DNA of 64,000 bases from Paramecium tetraurelia (taxonomy: Eukaryota), in the NCBI GenBank assembly GCA_000165425.1, contig CT868096.1, positions 124,001-188,000 of the forward strand. The letters run 5' to 3'. The position numbers were made by a program, and so were the translations under genes. Positions 15,658 through 27,649 of this stretch are shown one piece after another. The notes beneath the pieces are model-generated. The model saw only the letters and a program-made list of their open reading frames with translations. It was not told where the DNA came from and ran no database searches. How positions within the stretch are numbered: position 1 is the first letter of the stretch; every line of letters starts with the position of its first letter.

Positions 15658-17326
15658 TCATTTATGCCAATTTCCTAAGCCGGTTTAATCTTCTTCATCT
15701 GAATCAACTTTTTGATTCTGATTTTGTAATTTTAAGATATTGTCCATTTTGGCTTCAATCAATTGTTTTGATTTGGCCTATTCATCTTAATCACCAGCCT
15801 TCCATTTTTTTGGAAAATGCCACCACTTAATTAATTCATCTTTTCCACCAGTAATAAGAATCTGGGTTGATTCTTACCAAATCAATTTAGTGATGGCTTT
15901 ATCATGAGCCTTTAGTACAACTTAAATTAAGAGCAGTTATTACATTAAGGTTATAAATCGAGAGCATTGTAAATAGTGACTGTTCCATCATCGTTTCCAA
16001 CAAATAATTCCCCACGTCTACTTGACCATTAGACTTCTCTAGTCTAGAATTTAATGGTAATTGATTTTAAATACTTTAATTTTAGCCTAAATTTTTGTTT
16101 TGATTTTGCCTACATTGTCTTGTAGACATTTACCCACATCTAGAACACAAATCACTCCATCATCATAAGATACTGATATTAAATAGTTTTTTTAATAGTC
16201 CAAAACTAAACCTCTGATAAATGATGTGTTCGTATCAACCGACAACATTACTATTGGTTAGGTAGGTTTAATATTTAAGATATATATTTAGCCATTTCTA
16301 TTACCAACTACAGAGATTTGCCTTTATTCATTATATGTCAAGGATGTTAATTCATGTTTACCAATCGAGAAATCTAGAATAATCAATAAAATTGTAACCT
16401 GATTTCAGTCCTCCTTATTCAATGTCAATGACTTTATAATGAGTATCTTTTGATACTGAGTGAATTTATCCATTCCTATAAAATAAACCCATAATTCTGC
16501 TCATATGGATTTCGATTTCAATACTTTATTCATACTTTTTGAATGAATCTCTTTCAGACACTTTTATAAAATTAATATTCCCTGAGTCCAATCTAAATTG
16601 CAATATTATTACAATTACCCAACTAGCAAAGAGCATGAGATGGGTTCATAAAACATGCAAATTGCTTAAGTATTATACTCTTTGGTCCATAGTTTTTTAT
16701 AGCATAACTCCCCTTCTTCTTACTTGATATAACATTCAACTTGGCCTACTGGTATGGTTTTGAATTCTTTCTATTCAGCATCCCATGGCATTTTCATGTT
16801 ATTTACATAAGCATCCACTCTATTCAAAACACTCATATCTGCTTGCAGGAGAAACATCACTCCTTAATCGGACAAAGAAATGTCACGTATGCCCATTATT
16901 GTCTTAAATGACTGTAGTAGATTAGGTGGGAGGATTTCCTCGCATTATTCAAGCTTATTACAGATTACTATACCTACAAAAAATCTCGAAGTAATTGAGA
17001 ATGATATATTTCACGACGAACTATAAGTAACTAAAGATATTTCTCTAAACCAGCCCTTCGATCGTCCAACTATTCCTTCGATTTTCCTACCAAGAATGTA
17101 ATAAAGGCCTTCTTCGGTAATTCTGGGAGTTCTTGAAAGAGTGGTATCAATTTCTTGTGCAAATCCTCAAATTAGGAGTAGCGCTTTGAAATTTGCCATT
17201 ACTGCTTATTTCTTGCCTTGATATCAATCACATATTGAACATTGGAAGACTCCTGTTGATATGAAGGTATTGTAACCTTAGCATATATTGAATTATTACA
17301 TTTATGGATTCATTCACGAGTAACAT
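15658..17326 (-). CDS. PX-domain plus WD40-repeat protein
   Basis: After a 23-nt intron: VTIPSYQQ...QYVIDI...ISKRYSQFEDLHKKL...LPELPKK...LDDRRAGLEKYL (PX). Later AHDKAITKLIW...LITGGKDELIKWW (WD40); ends GLGNWHK-TGA. Confidence 0.8.
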
Positions 17327-17357
17327 TTTTTAATTAAATAATCAAAGAGTCTTCCTA

Positions 17358-17842
17358 ATGATCTAGTGTTTATTTCTAGTTAGCAGATAGGGCAAGACCA
17401 GATTGACTAAGTGGTATAATCAATCACTTACTACGAAAGAGAAGTAACGTTTCTTGAAAGAAGTATTGCTATTGATATCATTGTAAAGATAAACTCATTA
17501 GTATTGACACGCGGCCAAAAGATGTGCAATTTCTTAGAGTATGTTGAATACAAAATTGTTTATAAGCGATATGCCTCACTTTATTTCATAGCTATTTGTG
17601 ATAAAGAGGATAACGAATTGTTGATATTGGAGATCATTCATCATTTTGTGGAAGTCTTGGATAAGTATTTTGGAAATGTCTGTGAATTGGATCTCATCTT
17701 TAATTTCCACAAAGCCTATTACATCTTGGATGAATTGCTATTGGCTGGCTTCATTTAGGAGCCGAGTAAAAAAATTATACTCAAGGCAATCACTAGTCAG
17801 GAAGCACTTATAGAAGAAGGAAATGATGATTAATCAAAATGA
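17358..17842 (+). CDS. Clathrin adaptor complex small (sigma) subunit, AP-1-like
   Basis: [55 protein letters not shown]; one 26-nt intron. Confidence 0.95.
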
Positions 17843-17902
17843 TTGTTAAAAGAAATATATCAATAACTTGTTATTTTTAATTATACAAACCTTTTTTTAT
17901 AT

Positions 17903-19317
17903 TCATTAATTTTGTAATGTCTCAAATGAAAATGCATCATCAAGATATATATGTTCTTTATAGGGATTCTAAGAATTACTACTTTGGTAAGTCTTCAATC
18001 TGTTCTGTCTCTTTATTTTCTCCTCTTCGACGTTTGCTCTGCAAGGGGAAAACAAACTTTTATTTTTTCGATGAAGAAGCTTATTTTTAAATTTGCCCAT
18101 CTAATTGTTCAAATCTATTTAAACTAATAAAGTTTAATCTTTTAGTTACTGTTCATAATCCTATTACTATATATGATATATATACTTCCTATAACAATTT
18201 TATTGTTTCTTCATTTTCTTCTGAGTTACTCTGCAATTAGGATTGCATTTCTAACTTTTACACATTTTAAGAAAAATGAGAGTGTTGTGACTTTCTCATT
18301 TCTTGATGCTTTGACTCCTCTTCTTTCTTTTTTAAATTACAAATAGTGAAGGGTCTGGAAAGAATGAATTGCATTTTCTCCAAAAAATAGTCCTTTATGG
18401 GATCTTTTTTCAAATCAAAGTACTCAACCAATTTGGCTATACTTAAAATTAATTGCATTAAGTCCCTTTAATCGACTTCTTCCTTAAAGAAACTTTGCTC
18501 CAATCCAGTCAGTAGATTGTAGTATTCAGTGTTAAATTATTCCCTAGGACAACCAAGAGACATGGATAATCTAATTTTAATAATTACATCAGATCTAAGA
18601 TTAAATCATTTAAAAAAGAGCAAGTATAACTATTTTGCTTGCCATATATGAAATAATAAAAATTTAAATTAGAGGTGAAATAATGATATACTAACTATTA
18701 ATGATAATTTTGATTTTTCTTAGGAGACAACTATCCCAATATGTATAACAACTATGAATCACAAATCAAGCATCTCTAAAGTAGGAGGTTTATAAATTTT
18801 TGTGAAGGTTCTGCTTGGAGATTTTTTGCCAGGACACTTTTTCTATTTTCTTTACTATAATTTTTCCGTTACTTATTACAACTATTTGGCATAATCATTA
18901 TTTATAATCTTTTCAATATTTTCCTTCTAATACAAAAAGTCCTAAAAAATTAAATAACCATTAAATTACATTTTGTAATTACTTAATCCCTCTGGGAGTA
19001 ATTGTCTGATTTTTCATTGTTTCATATTGATAATTCTGATAATAATGTTTTAGATTTTCTTAACCATTAGGAGAATTACGTCTTGTACTTGGGGCAGAAA
19101 CAATCAAGGATTGCATAGTGCAAGGTGATTACATCAAGCGCTTCATTTTTTCTATAAAGTATTATTTCATTGGATTGTTATTCAAATCGTAGTACTCAAT
19201 AAATTGTCTATAGATAAGTGCCAGCTCGGTTATCTGTTCGTATTCAGTATCACCATCTTCAAATCGTTTCTCAAGTTCAAGTGCTTATTGGATTTACAGG
19301 CGTGAAGGGGAAGTCAT
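17903..19317 (-). CDS. Hypothetical protein with two copies of an internal ~45-aa helical motif
   Basis: QFIEYYDLNNNPMKQYFIEKMK (~19150-19210) and KLVEYFDLKKDPIKDYFLEKMQ (~18370-18435); multiple small introns. Confidence 0.65.
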
Positions 19318-19339
19318 AAAATTAACAACTAATTAATTA

Positions 19340-21124
19340 ATGTTAATGTAATTCTAAATCATTGGCAAAAATGGTGTTGGGAAAAGAACCCTAATTGAAC
19401 TATTGTAATAGCATTTCCAATTGGAATTGGTTACATCTAGACCTGACGTTGCAATCTATTTATTTGACATTAGTGATCAAAACAGCTTGGAGTACTTAAA
19501 AAATCGTTACAATCCAGAAACATAAAATAAGAGCACATATTTGATTGGCAATAAACTTGATCTAATCGATCGAAGAAAAGTTTCGAGTAAAAATGCTTCA
19601 TTTACATCTACAAAGGTGAAAATGCCCTTAAATTCTCTGCAAAGAATGGAATGAGCTACCATGAAATATCCTGTATCACCAAATAAAATGTTAGCCATCT
19701 TATCTATGTATGCATTTCCAGTATTCTCCTAGACTCTTCAATTGCAGATGTAACAGAGTGGAAATATGTCTTATAGAAACCAAAAGTCATCCACCATTTC
19801 TGTCCTTAAGTTTAATCGCATCTCATTGAAAAACTGTAATGTTTCTCAAACTGAAAGCGAAGTCTCCCCCAATTCCAATAGAATGGATAATTCGTTAGGA
19901 AATAATAATAACTAAAAAGTTAATCAGTCCTTCAGAAAATCTGAATTAAATGTAAATTAATCCTAAATTCATTTGAGAAGAGTCTAAACTTACATTTAAG
20001 TAGAATAAGATTCTCCTCTAAAGAAGAAGATTGATAATCAAAGCAATTCTGCACTTGACGATTCACAAAATAGTCCATCAATCAAATAAGATCAAATCAT
20101 GAGCTTTTCAAATAAGAATACTAATACTATCTAATAGACTTAATAAAAGTAACCAGAAGTGAACTCAACTAAATTGAATTAATTAAGCATTGATAACACT
20201 CCTAAAAATTCGAGAATCAGCAGATGGATTGAAAATGATACTAATAAGAATTAAAATTAAAATTCTTAAGTCATCTTTTAAAGATCACCTTCTAAATTAT
20301 AATCTCAAGTTTTCACAAGCAGATCAGCATTTAATGAAATGAGTAATTCTTAAGATAAATTCACAACAATTTAAGAGGCTATGAAAAGTGGATTGGAATA
20401 ATTTAAACAATTTTAAGCAGAAATAGAAGAAAAAGGTTTATCGGAAAATCAGAACTACATTTAAGTTTAATGCGAAAAGGTTTTCGACAGTTTCAATTAA
20501 GATTTATTTTAATAACAAGAATAAAAATTGAAACCAGAAAAAGTTCCATTAAAAAGAGAATCTATCAATATTTATGAAATCTCTTAGTTTATTAAATAAG
20601 AGAATGAAAGTACCAATAAAATCAAATATTTTCAAAACAATTACTATCATCATCAAACAAAGTCAACTACCTTAACAACTGAATAAAATCCATAATCTAG
20701 TCAAGATTACATTTCGAAAATGGCTACTAACAAGTCTCTCAATTAACCTGGCAAAAACACCAATAGGAATAATAGTCATAGGAATAAATCTTAAAATAAT
20801 ATCGTTGTTCAATTGAGAGAACAAGTCAATACTTAGTTTAATGCAACTCCAGAGAGATAATTAAATTATAAGTCCATAACTCCAAACAAATAACTCATTA
20901 AATATGTTGATCTGAATGATAATAAGAATGAGAAATTATTTACTGTTTAATTCAAACTCAAAACAGGTAAAGTTATCAATATAGTTATGAAAAAAAATGA
21001 CAATCTAATCAAAATTGCTCAGGAGTATGCTCAAAAATACAAGCTGGAACATAATGCTTATCTTTAATTACTTAAACTCTTAAAGGATAAATATAGAACA
21101 ATTTTAGAAAATCATCATATGTGA
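19340..21124 (+). CDS. Degenerate Rab/Ras-like GTPase domain fused to a long low-complexity/coiled region and a small C-terminal domain
   Basis: IIGKNGVGKRTL (G1), VAIYLFDISDQNS, LIGNKLDL (G4), YHEISC (G5, after a 29-nt intron); no G2/G3 segment. Confidence 0.7.
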
Positions 21125-21168
21125 TACTTTATATATATCTATATATAAATATTGATTAAATTTTAATT

Positions 21169-21567
21169 ATGTCTAATAGAAGCAAGTAGAATGCATCAAA
21201 GGGTCCAGGTAATTCAAATTAATAAAATAAGATAAGGGAGCATTTCCATTAGATCATTTTCATGAGTGTGATAATGAAGCAAAATAATATAATTAATGCA
21301 TCTAAAAACATGAGAACATGCCCAAGAGATGTAGAAAATATCAAGTTGATTATTTGCAATGTAGAATGAATAATGGTCTTATGGAAAAAGAAGATTTGAG
21401 TAAATTAGGGCTAGGACCAGAAGTATAGATTTATTCTAATTTCAAAGACATCCTGGGAAACAGAGGAATAAGAAAAATAATTCTTATTCGATAAGATTAA
21501 TAAAATGAAATCAAAAGCTATGGAAGAGGTAAAAAGAAAATCAGAAGAAACAAATAAATAGGAGTGA
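21169..21567 (+). CDS. COX19: Cytochrome c oxidase assembly protein COX19 (twin CX9C)
   Basis: PDKGAFPLDHFHEC...YNQCI...CRKYQVDYLQCRMNNGLM..EDLSKLG; two small introns. Confidence 0.93.
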
Positions 21568-21911
21568 TTTTATAACAATTGCTATCAATTAGAGCTCTCA
21601 ATATTTTGAGTCTCTATTTAATTAGTTTTCTTTATTGCAAGTAATTTGATGCATATTCTACTTAAACTAAGAGTTCTTTCTGTTATATAAAAGTTAAATT
21701 ATTAATATTCTGATTCTTGAATTTAAGCAAATATTTTTGTGTTCTAATAAATTATTCCCTTTTAATCTTATGATAAGCCCTGATATTCTCAAATAAATAA
21801 ATTTACAACTTCGGTAATTTAAATTATTTGGCTTGTATATTATTATTAATGATACTCAATTGCTACAGTTTTACAATATAAAATTCTATTCATTGAGTCT
21901 ATGTTAACATT

Positions 21912-21983
21912 TCCGGTATAGTCTAGTGGTTAGGATATCAGGTTTTCACCCTGGGGACCCGGGTTCAATCCCCGGTATCGGAA
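21912..21983 (+). tRNA. tRNA-Glu (anticodon TTC)
   Basis: Cloverleaf: acceptor TCCGGTA/TATCGGA, D-arm GTCTAGTGGTTAGGAT, anticodon stem TCAGG-TTTTCAC-CCTGG, T-loop GGTTCAATCC; followed by T-runs (Pol III terminator). Confidence 0.97.
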
Positions 21984-22611
21984 AAATTTTTATAATTTTT
22001 TATTTTTGTATGATTTATTAATATTTGACTTTTCATATAAAAGAATGTTTATAAAATATGCAATTTTATACTGAGAAATTAAGATAAAAAATATTTTTGA
22101 TCTATCTTATTTTAAACTACTACTAAATTTATTATTTTTATTTTATTTATTTTTTTTGTCTGCTTCATCTCCGATAGAATACAAGAAATTATTAGGAGAT
22201 AAGAAAATCATACAAACTAGATGAATAAAGTTTAAATTAGCTAATCATTTCTCTTTTATATTTAGATTTTAATAATGATTTCCTATAGAGATTAGGTTTT
22301 TAAGATTGATTATTAAATCATATTTACTTTAAGTTTTGACAACAATGATAATAACAAGGAAATATAGGAACATAGTATATAGTAGAAATCCATGATAAGA
22401 AAGATAAAATCTTAAGATATTTATTTGTAAAGTATCTCAAGAATAAATGTAAATAAATAACTTATTATTGGTCTTTGGTTGTTGAAATTAAGATGGTTTG
22501 AAACATGATGAGTAAGTAGTTTTATTCATTTTTGTTATTATAAGTATAAAAATAGTTTATTACTAAGTGATATTTATTAATTATTTTAATTTATATTAAA
22601 AATACAATAAG

Positions 22612-22850
22612 ATGGCAAAACATTGGTTTACCACATTACCAAGCAACTATTTTATGAGACAATCTAGAAAGGGAGGCAGACGCGAAATCTTATTTACAAC
22701 TTTAGGTATGGAATTAGGTTTTGAATGTTGTTAGCATTGGGATTGGCTCATTTCGGTCTTTTTGAACCTCTGAGAAATTCATATTATCAAAGAGGTGTTC
22801 TTCCAGTATGGGAAAGATCAGTTGTAAATGGATAGCCATGGACTATTTGA
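22612..22850 (+). CDS. Small (~69 aa) single-TM protein, possibly mitochondrial
   Basis: MAKHWFTTLPSNYFMRQSRKGGRREILFTTLALGLAHFGLFEPLRNSYYQRGVLPVWERSVVNGQPWTI-TGA with one 29-nt GT..TAG intron; GC-richer than its flanks. Confidence 0.75.
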
Positions 22851-22970
22851 GATAGCAATACACGATAAAATTAATAATAATACAAAATATAAAAATATTT
22901 ATTGATATTTCTCTCTCTCCGTCATGGCCCCCACCAGTTATATTGCAAATAAAATAAAATAAATTATTTT

Positions 22971-23442
22971 ATGGCTTCCTTATCAAGCGAAGGCAGTACC
23001 AAGGATAGTGAAACCTTAAAAGAATTATTGAAATAGAGACCCAGAATCTAAAAAAAATAACAAGCAGCCAAAATTAGCAAATGCAATTCAAATCCCTGTT
23101 GGAATTAGGAAGATTTAAAGAAATTAGAAAAGTGTGTATCTATTTTGGGAACTGATTTCGATTTAATATAGTTATTATTTAAGAATAGAACTAGAAAATA
23201 AATTATGGTTTGTATTTTTTCAATTGATATAAACTCTATAGAATAAATACAAAAAGGCCAAAATACAATACGATAGAAAGCATAAGGAAAAATTTTTAAG
23301 AATTCAAGACGCACTCAAAAAAGAATAGGAAGTCTAAAGACATCGTTTAGGAAGCATAGACTCCATTGATTTAGTAATAAAATTGATCATAATTTAGAAT
23401 ATTGCTTTAGATATTCATGAACTTAGCACAAAAAAGGAGTGA
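22971..23442 (+). CDS. Small SANT/Myb-domain protein, Bdp1 (TFIIIB B'')-like
   Basis: WNQEDLKKLEKCVSILGTDFDLIQLLFKNRTRKQIM|NKYKK fits the Bdp1 SANT pattern (GTDF-LI-LF-R-R-QI-K); 34-nt intron. Confidence 0.7.
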
Positions 23443-23478
23443 TAATTTTATATTAATAATATATTAAATAATATAATA

Positions 23479-24794
23479 ATGAAAGGAGCACACAAACAAT
23501 TTGCAAAGACAATGGAAACAAGTCTTGGTGAAAACAGAGTCAAACAATAGTAAAGGTCTTTGCAAGAGGGACATCAAGAAATTATTAAGAACTTAATGTC
23601 TACAATAATAGGAAAACCTACGATCGTAGAAGCTTAAAGAGTTTTAAGAGTTCTGGATTAACTAATCTAAAATTTAGAATATTGTCTATATTTGGATACT
23701 GAATTTATTGGACGCTTTCAAACTGGAAAATTTTTAAAAGATGCCAAGTAACCGCTAACAGAAGAAACAATGAAACTTTTGTAATCCTAAGCTGAAATTG
23801 AATAGAAATACAGACCATATGCAAATTTAGACACAGCATTAAACCAAGGTGAGGAGATAGATGAGACAAAGAAAATGGAATCAGAGAGATTAGAAAATTT
23901 ACTTTAAGAGAATTTCAAGAATTTATTAAGGAGACTTTAACATTGTCCAAAGGATTATGATATCATTAAAGGAATGAAGACTAATATCAACACTGAAATG
24001 AGTGATTTGTTACATTGTGTAAAGTGTATCAAAATAGTAATGTTGAAAAAGTTAAGTACAGCATAAGAAGAATAAAATAGTCATGTTAAATAACTTGAAG
24101 ATTTGAAGTCTAAAGTATTTATGTAATTCTACAATATAGATTTCAGGCCAAGAGAAGACTAAAAGCTAATTAGAATAAGAATTATAAAAGATTAGATAGG
24201 AAAGAACAGCAAACATGAACAAAATGAAGGAAGAAATTGAGAAGTTGAAATAATCTATTGCAGAAGTTAAAGCTAATAAATAAAAGAGATAAGATCAATT
24301 GGCAAAAGAAATTCAGACTAAGTATGAGGGATTAGAAAAAGATCATAAAACAAAAGAAGATAAATTAGCAGCTGAACTATAGGCTTAGAGAGCTCGCTTT
24401 ATTAAAATGAAAGATGAGAATACATAGGAGGAGGCAACTTTGAAGAGGCGTAAATAAGTTCAAGATTAATCATTATCCGAAGCAATCCAAATATATGACC
24501 AGATGATGGAGGAATATATGAAAAATTTAACTGATTTATAAAGTGAATGTGCCTCAATTGAGAAATAATTGAAAGACAGATAGGAGTATTTCAAAGCTGT
24601 TGATTCAGAGATGGGGAGAGAAAGACAATTGGAGGAGGAATTCAGAAGATTAAAAGAATTACATTAAATCGAATTAGAAAAGAAATCAGAAGCAGCTAAA
24701 CATATTTAAGCTTTCTTGTAATAAGTTAAAAGTATGAATCATTTGTATATTTATAGAACCATCTAAGAAACCAAAGAAGGCAGCAAAAAAATGA
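23479..24794 (+). CDS. DRC10: Dynein regulatory complex subunit 10 / IQCD-like coiled-coil protein
   Basis: EAQRVLRVLDQLI near the N-terminus, long coiled coil, C-terminal IQ-like AAKHIQAFL and basic tail KKPKKAAKK-TGA. Confidence 0.7.
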
Positions 24795-24918
24795 ATGTTA
24801 ATTTTATATATCATATTATTTTTATCATAAATTTATAAGCAATCTATTTGATTATTTTAATGATATAAGCTAAATTAGATCAATTTATAAAATAGATTAA
24901 TAATAACGCATAATTATA

Positions 24919-27114
24919 TCAAATTCTTAGCTTTTATTCATATAACTATCTATTCTATTATAATTTATTAAGTCTTTCTCTCACTTCGCTTAAACTATCG
25001 TTTTTAATGAAGGAATTCTCTTTTGAAAATTCAAGCTTCTTCTTTGGACTTGGAGTGTCTGATTCAAAATTTTCGGATGACTTTAAAATCTTTTTCATGT
25101 ACTTAGCATGTTTATGAGCTGATTCTAATAATTCTTATATGGTTTTTCCATTTGGACTCTCTTATTTTTATTTCCTTGGAATATTCAAATTTTATTATGA
25201 CAATTAGTTTTAGCATTATGAAGTTTTCATTTGAGATGATAGACTTTATCGACTTTCTTTGAGAGTTCCAAGATTTCCTAATTGAGACTTTAATTTTAAA
25301 ATCTCTGCATCCTTTTCTCTCAGTTTATTTTATAATTAGTTATTTAATTCAGTTAGTTCTTTATTCAATCCAATAATTGTTTATACTTCTAATGCTTAAG
25401 GTTTCTGTAGATCTGAATATATACTTGTGCGTAATAAGCTCAGCTCTTACATTAATTTTGCATTTTAGGTTTGCAAAGATTCAATTCTATGATTAGCAAT
25501 AGTTAAGCCTTCTGATAATTTTTAGTGTTGTTATAATGAACTACTTGTTTGTGAAGCCAAGGTCTTATTTTAAGATTATAAATTTCCTATCTCAAATTCA
25601 TATTACTAGATCAAAACACCTCTTTATTGGAATGATTCCCTTTCCTTACTATACTATTCTACCAACTATTCATTAACTTATTGTTCATAATTTAATTGCT
25701 CAGTTAATTCAGTCAATTAGTTCTTAAATTGATTAAGTTGTGAAGTTTCATCATCCTAATATTATTTAAGCGAATCCTTAAAATTTTGTAACTAATTGGT
25801 TAGACCATCAATTTCTTCATTTTTTATTTTAAGTTGGTTTTCTAATTCATCAATAAATTCTTCGTATTTTTCTAATTTTGATATGGCATCTTTTTAAAAT
25901 GTTTAATGTCTCTAACATTATTATTTAAGATCTTTAATTTGACTCTCCTGATTTGCCAAGGTACCACTATAATTCTCAACTTAAGCTTATAAAGTGTTGA
26001 TATCTTCACTTTTGACATCTAAGAGTTTTCTCAAATCACTATTGCATTATTCCAATTCCACAAATTTAGACTTCAATTCTCTATTGATTTTTTCTAAGGC
26101 ACTTCTTTCATCACTCTCTATCTACAGAGTCTTTGCCAAATACTCTTTCTCAGTAGTTACTGGCTATGGTGGTCTAGATATAGCAATAGCATAATTAATT
26201 CCAACACCAAAATGTTAGATGTTCTTTAATACTTTTACTGCCTCTGTCCTAGTTTATGTGTCTCCTACTCCCAATTCTCCATTTACATTACTACCCCATG
26301 AATACAATTAGCCTTAAGTATCCACACCTAATCCAAGAGTTCCATTTATTTTTACATCAACAATATCAGGTAAAAATAATGTTGGTTTAGTTAATGTTCC
26401 AAAACAACCTGATCCCCAAATGTATAAATTTCCAGAACTTATTGCAGCTGAATGATTTCCTGCTGCTATTTAGTCAACTTTTGGAATATCAACTAACAAA
26501 GGTTTAAAGGTATTCTTGATTCCTTAAATACCTAATTGTCCTAAATTATTAGATCCACAAGCTAATAATTATTAATTAATTTTAATTAATGAGTGTGACA
26601 CTCCGCATGCTACAGTCAGGACATTATCCATTACATGAGTAACTTCACTTATCCTCTTTGTGTTTTGAATACCACATTATCCTGAATCATTTGCTCCTAT
26701 AGCATATAATTGATTTTTGTTATTAATCATCATAGTATGCCTAGCACCACATTTTATATATCTTATTGATTATCCTATTTGTTTTGGTTGTGTGATATCA
26801 TTCAATACCTTCCCCCAAACAAAAGCATTATTGTTAATATTCAAAGAAATGTTGTGATTCCAACCACAATCCATATCGATGATATTTGATTAGATTAATT
26901 AAGGTGTCAAAGATCTCTCTGAGTAATCATCACTTCCTATTCCCAATACACCATAATTATTTGTTCCCAATGCATATAGTTAATTAGTATTAGAAAGAAA
27001 TAACATATGTTCTTCTCCACATGAGACTTTGGTTATTTGGAAATTTATTGTTATTTATTTCGGTGTGGCGGTTTCTTCTTAAGAAGGTGTTGTTCCCCAA
27101 ATATAAACTGACAT
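24919..27114 (-). CDS. RCC1-repeat (beta-propeller) protein with C-terminal coiled coil
   Basis: VSCGEEHML, LYALGTNNYGVLG, MDCGWNH, VACGVSHS, CGSNNLGQLG, IAAGNHSA, LYSWGSNVNGELG; then a Q/E/K-rich coiled coil. Confidence 0.9.
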
Positions 27115-27649
27115 TTTGATCGTTAAATTCAAAATTATTAAATATTAAATTATTAACTTACTAATTCTTATACTATTAAATTAATGTTTTCTTTGATTTA
27201 AAGAATGAATAGAGAATCATGTTAGCTAAGATAATATATTATGTAATTACAATAATACTCATTATTCCCCTTAATATCAAATCTATTACAAATTTATAGA
27301 ATTCCTTTTTGTTATTTGATCACTTAGAATCTTCATGAAATCAGACAAATGACTAATCTATTATTCTATTTTTTTAATCTTAGATACCCTTATTCTATAT
27401 TTCATTAAGATAGTGTATGACCTAAATAATGTTTAAATATCTTTAATTTTCGATTCTAACTATTTATTCTACTCTTTGATCTTTGTCTATCCACCTTTAG
27501 ACTTTTTGTAATAAATATTCATAATCCTTTACTAAATTGGCATAATAACTAATAGAATAGGATGTATTTCACATTTGCAACCACTCAATTTATTTGCAAA
27601 TTGATATTGAAATGTTAATAAAGATTAAATAGTGTATTATATATATAAT

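Noticed and set aside
21580..21895. Minus-strand ~100-codon ORF upstream of the tRNA
   Set aside because: No recognisable homology and very low complexity; cannot be distinguished from chance.
21912..21983. Possible suppressor tRNA reading TAA/TAG
   Set aside because: The anticodon loop is TT-TTC-AC, an ordinary tRNA-Glu, not TTA/CTA.
27200..27600. Possible small coiled-coil gene on the minus strand
   Set aside because: Short code-6 ORFs in two frames with no motif. ORFs arise easily when TGA is the only stop, so support is insufficient.
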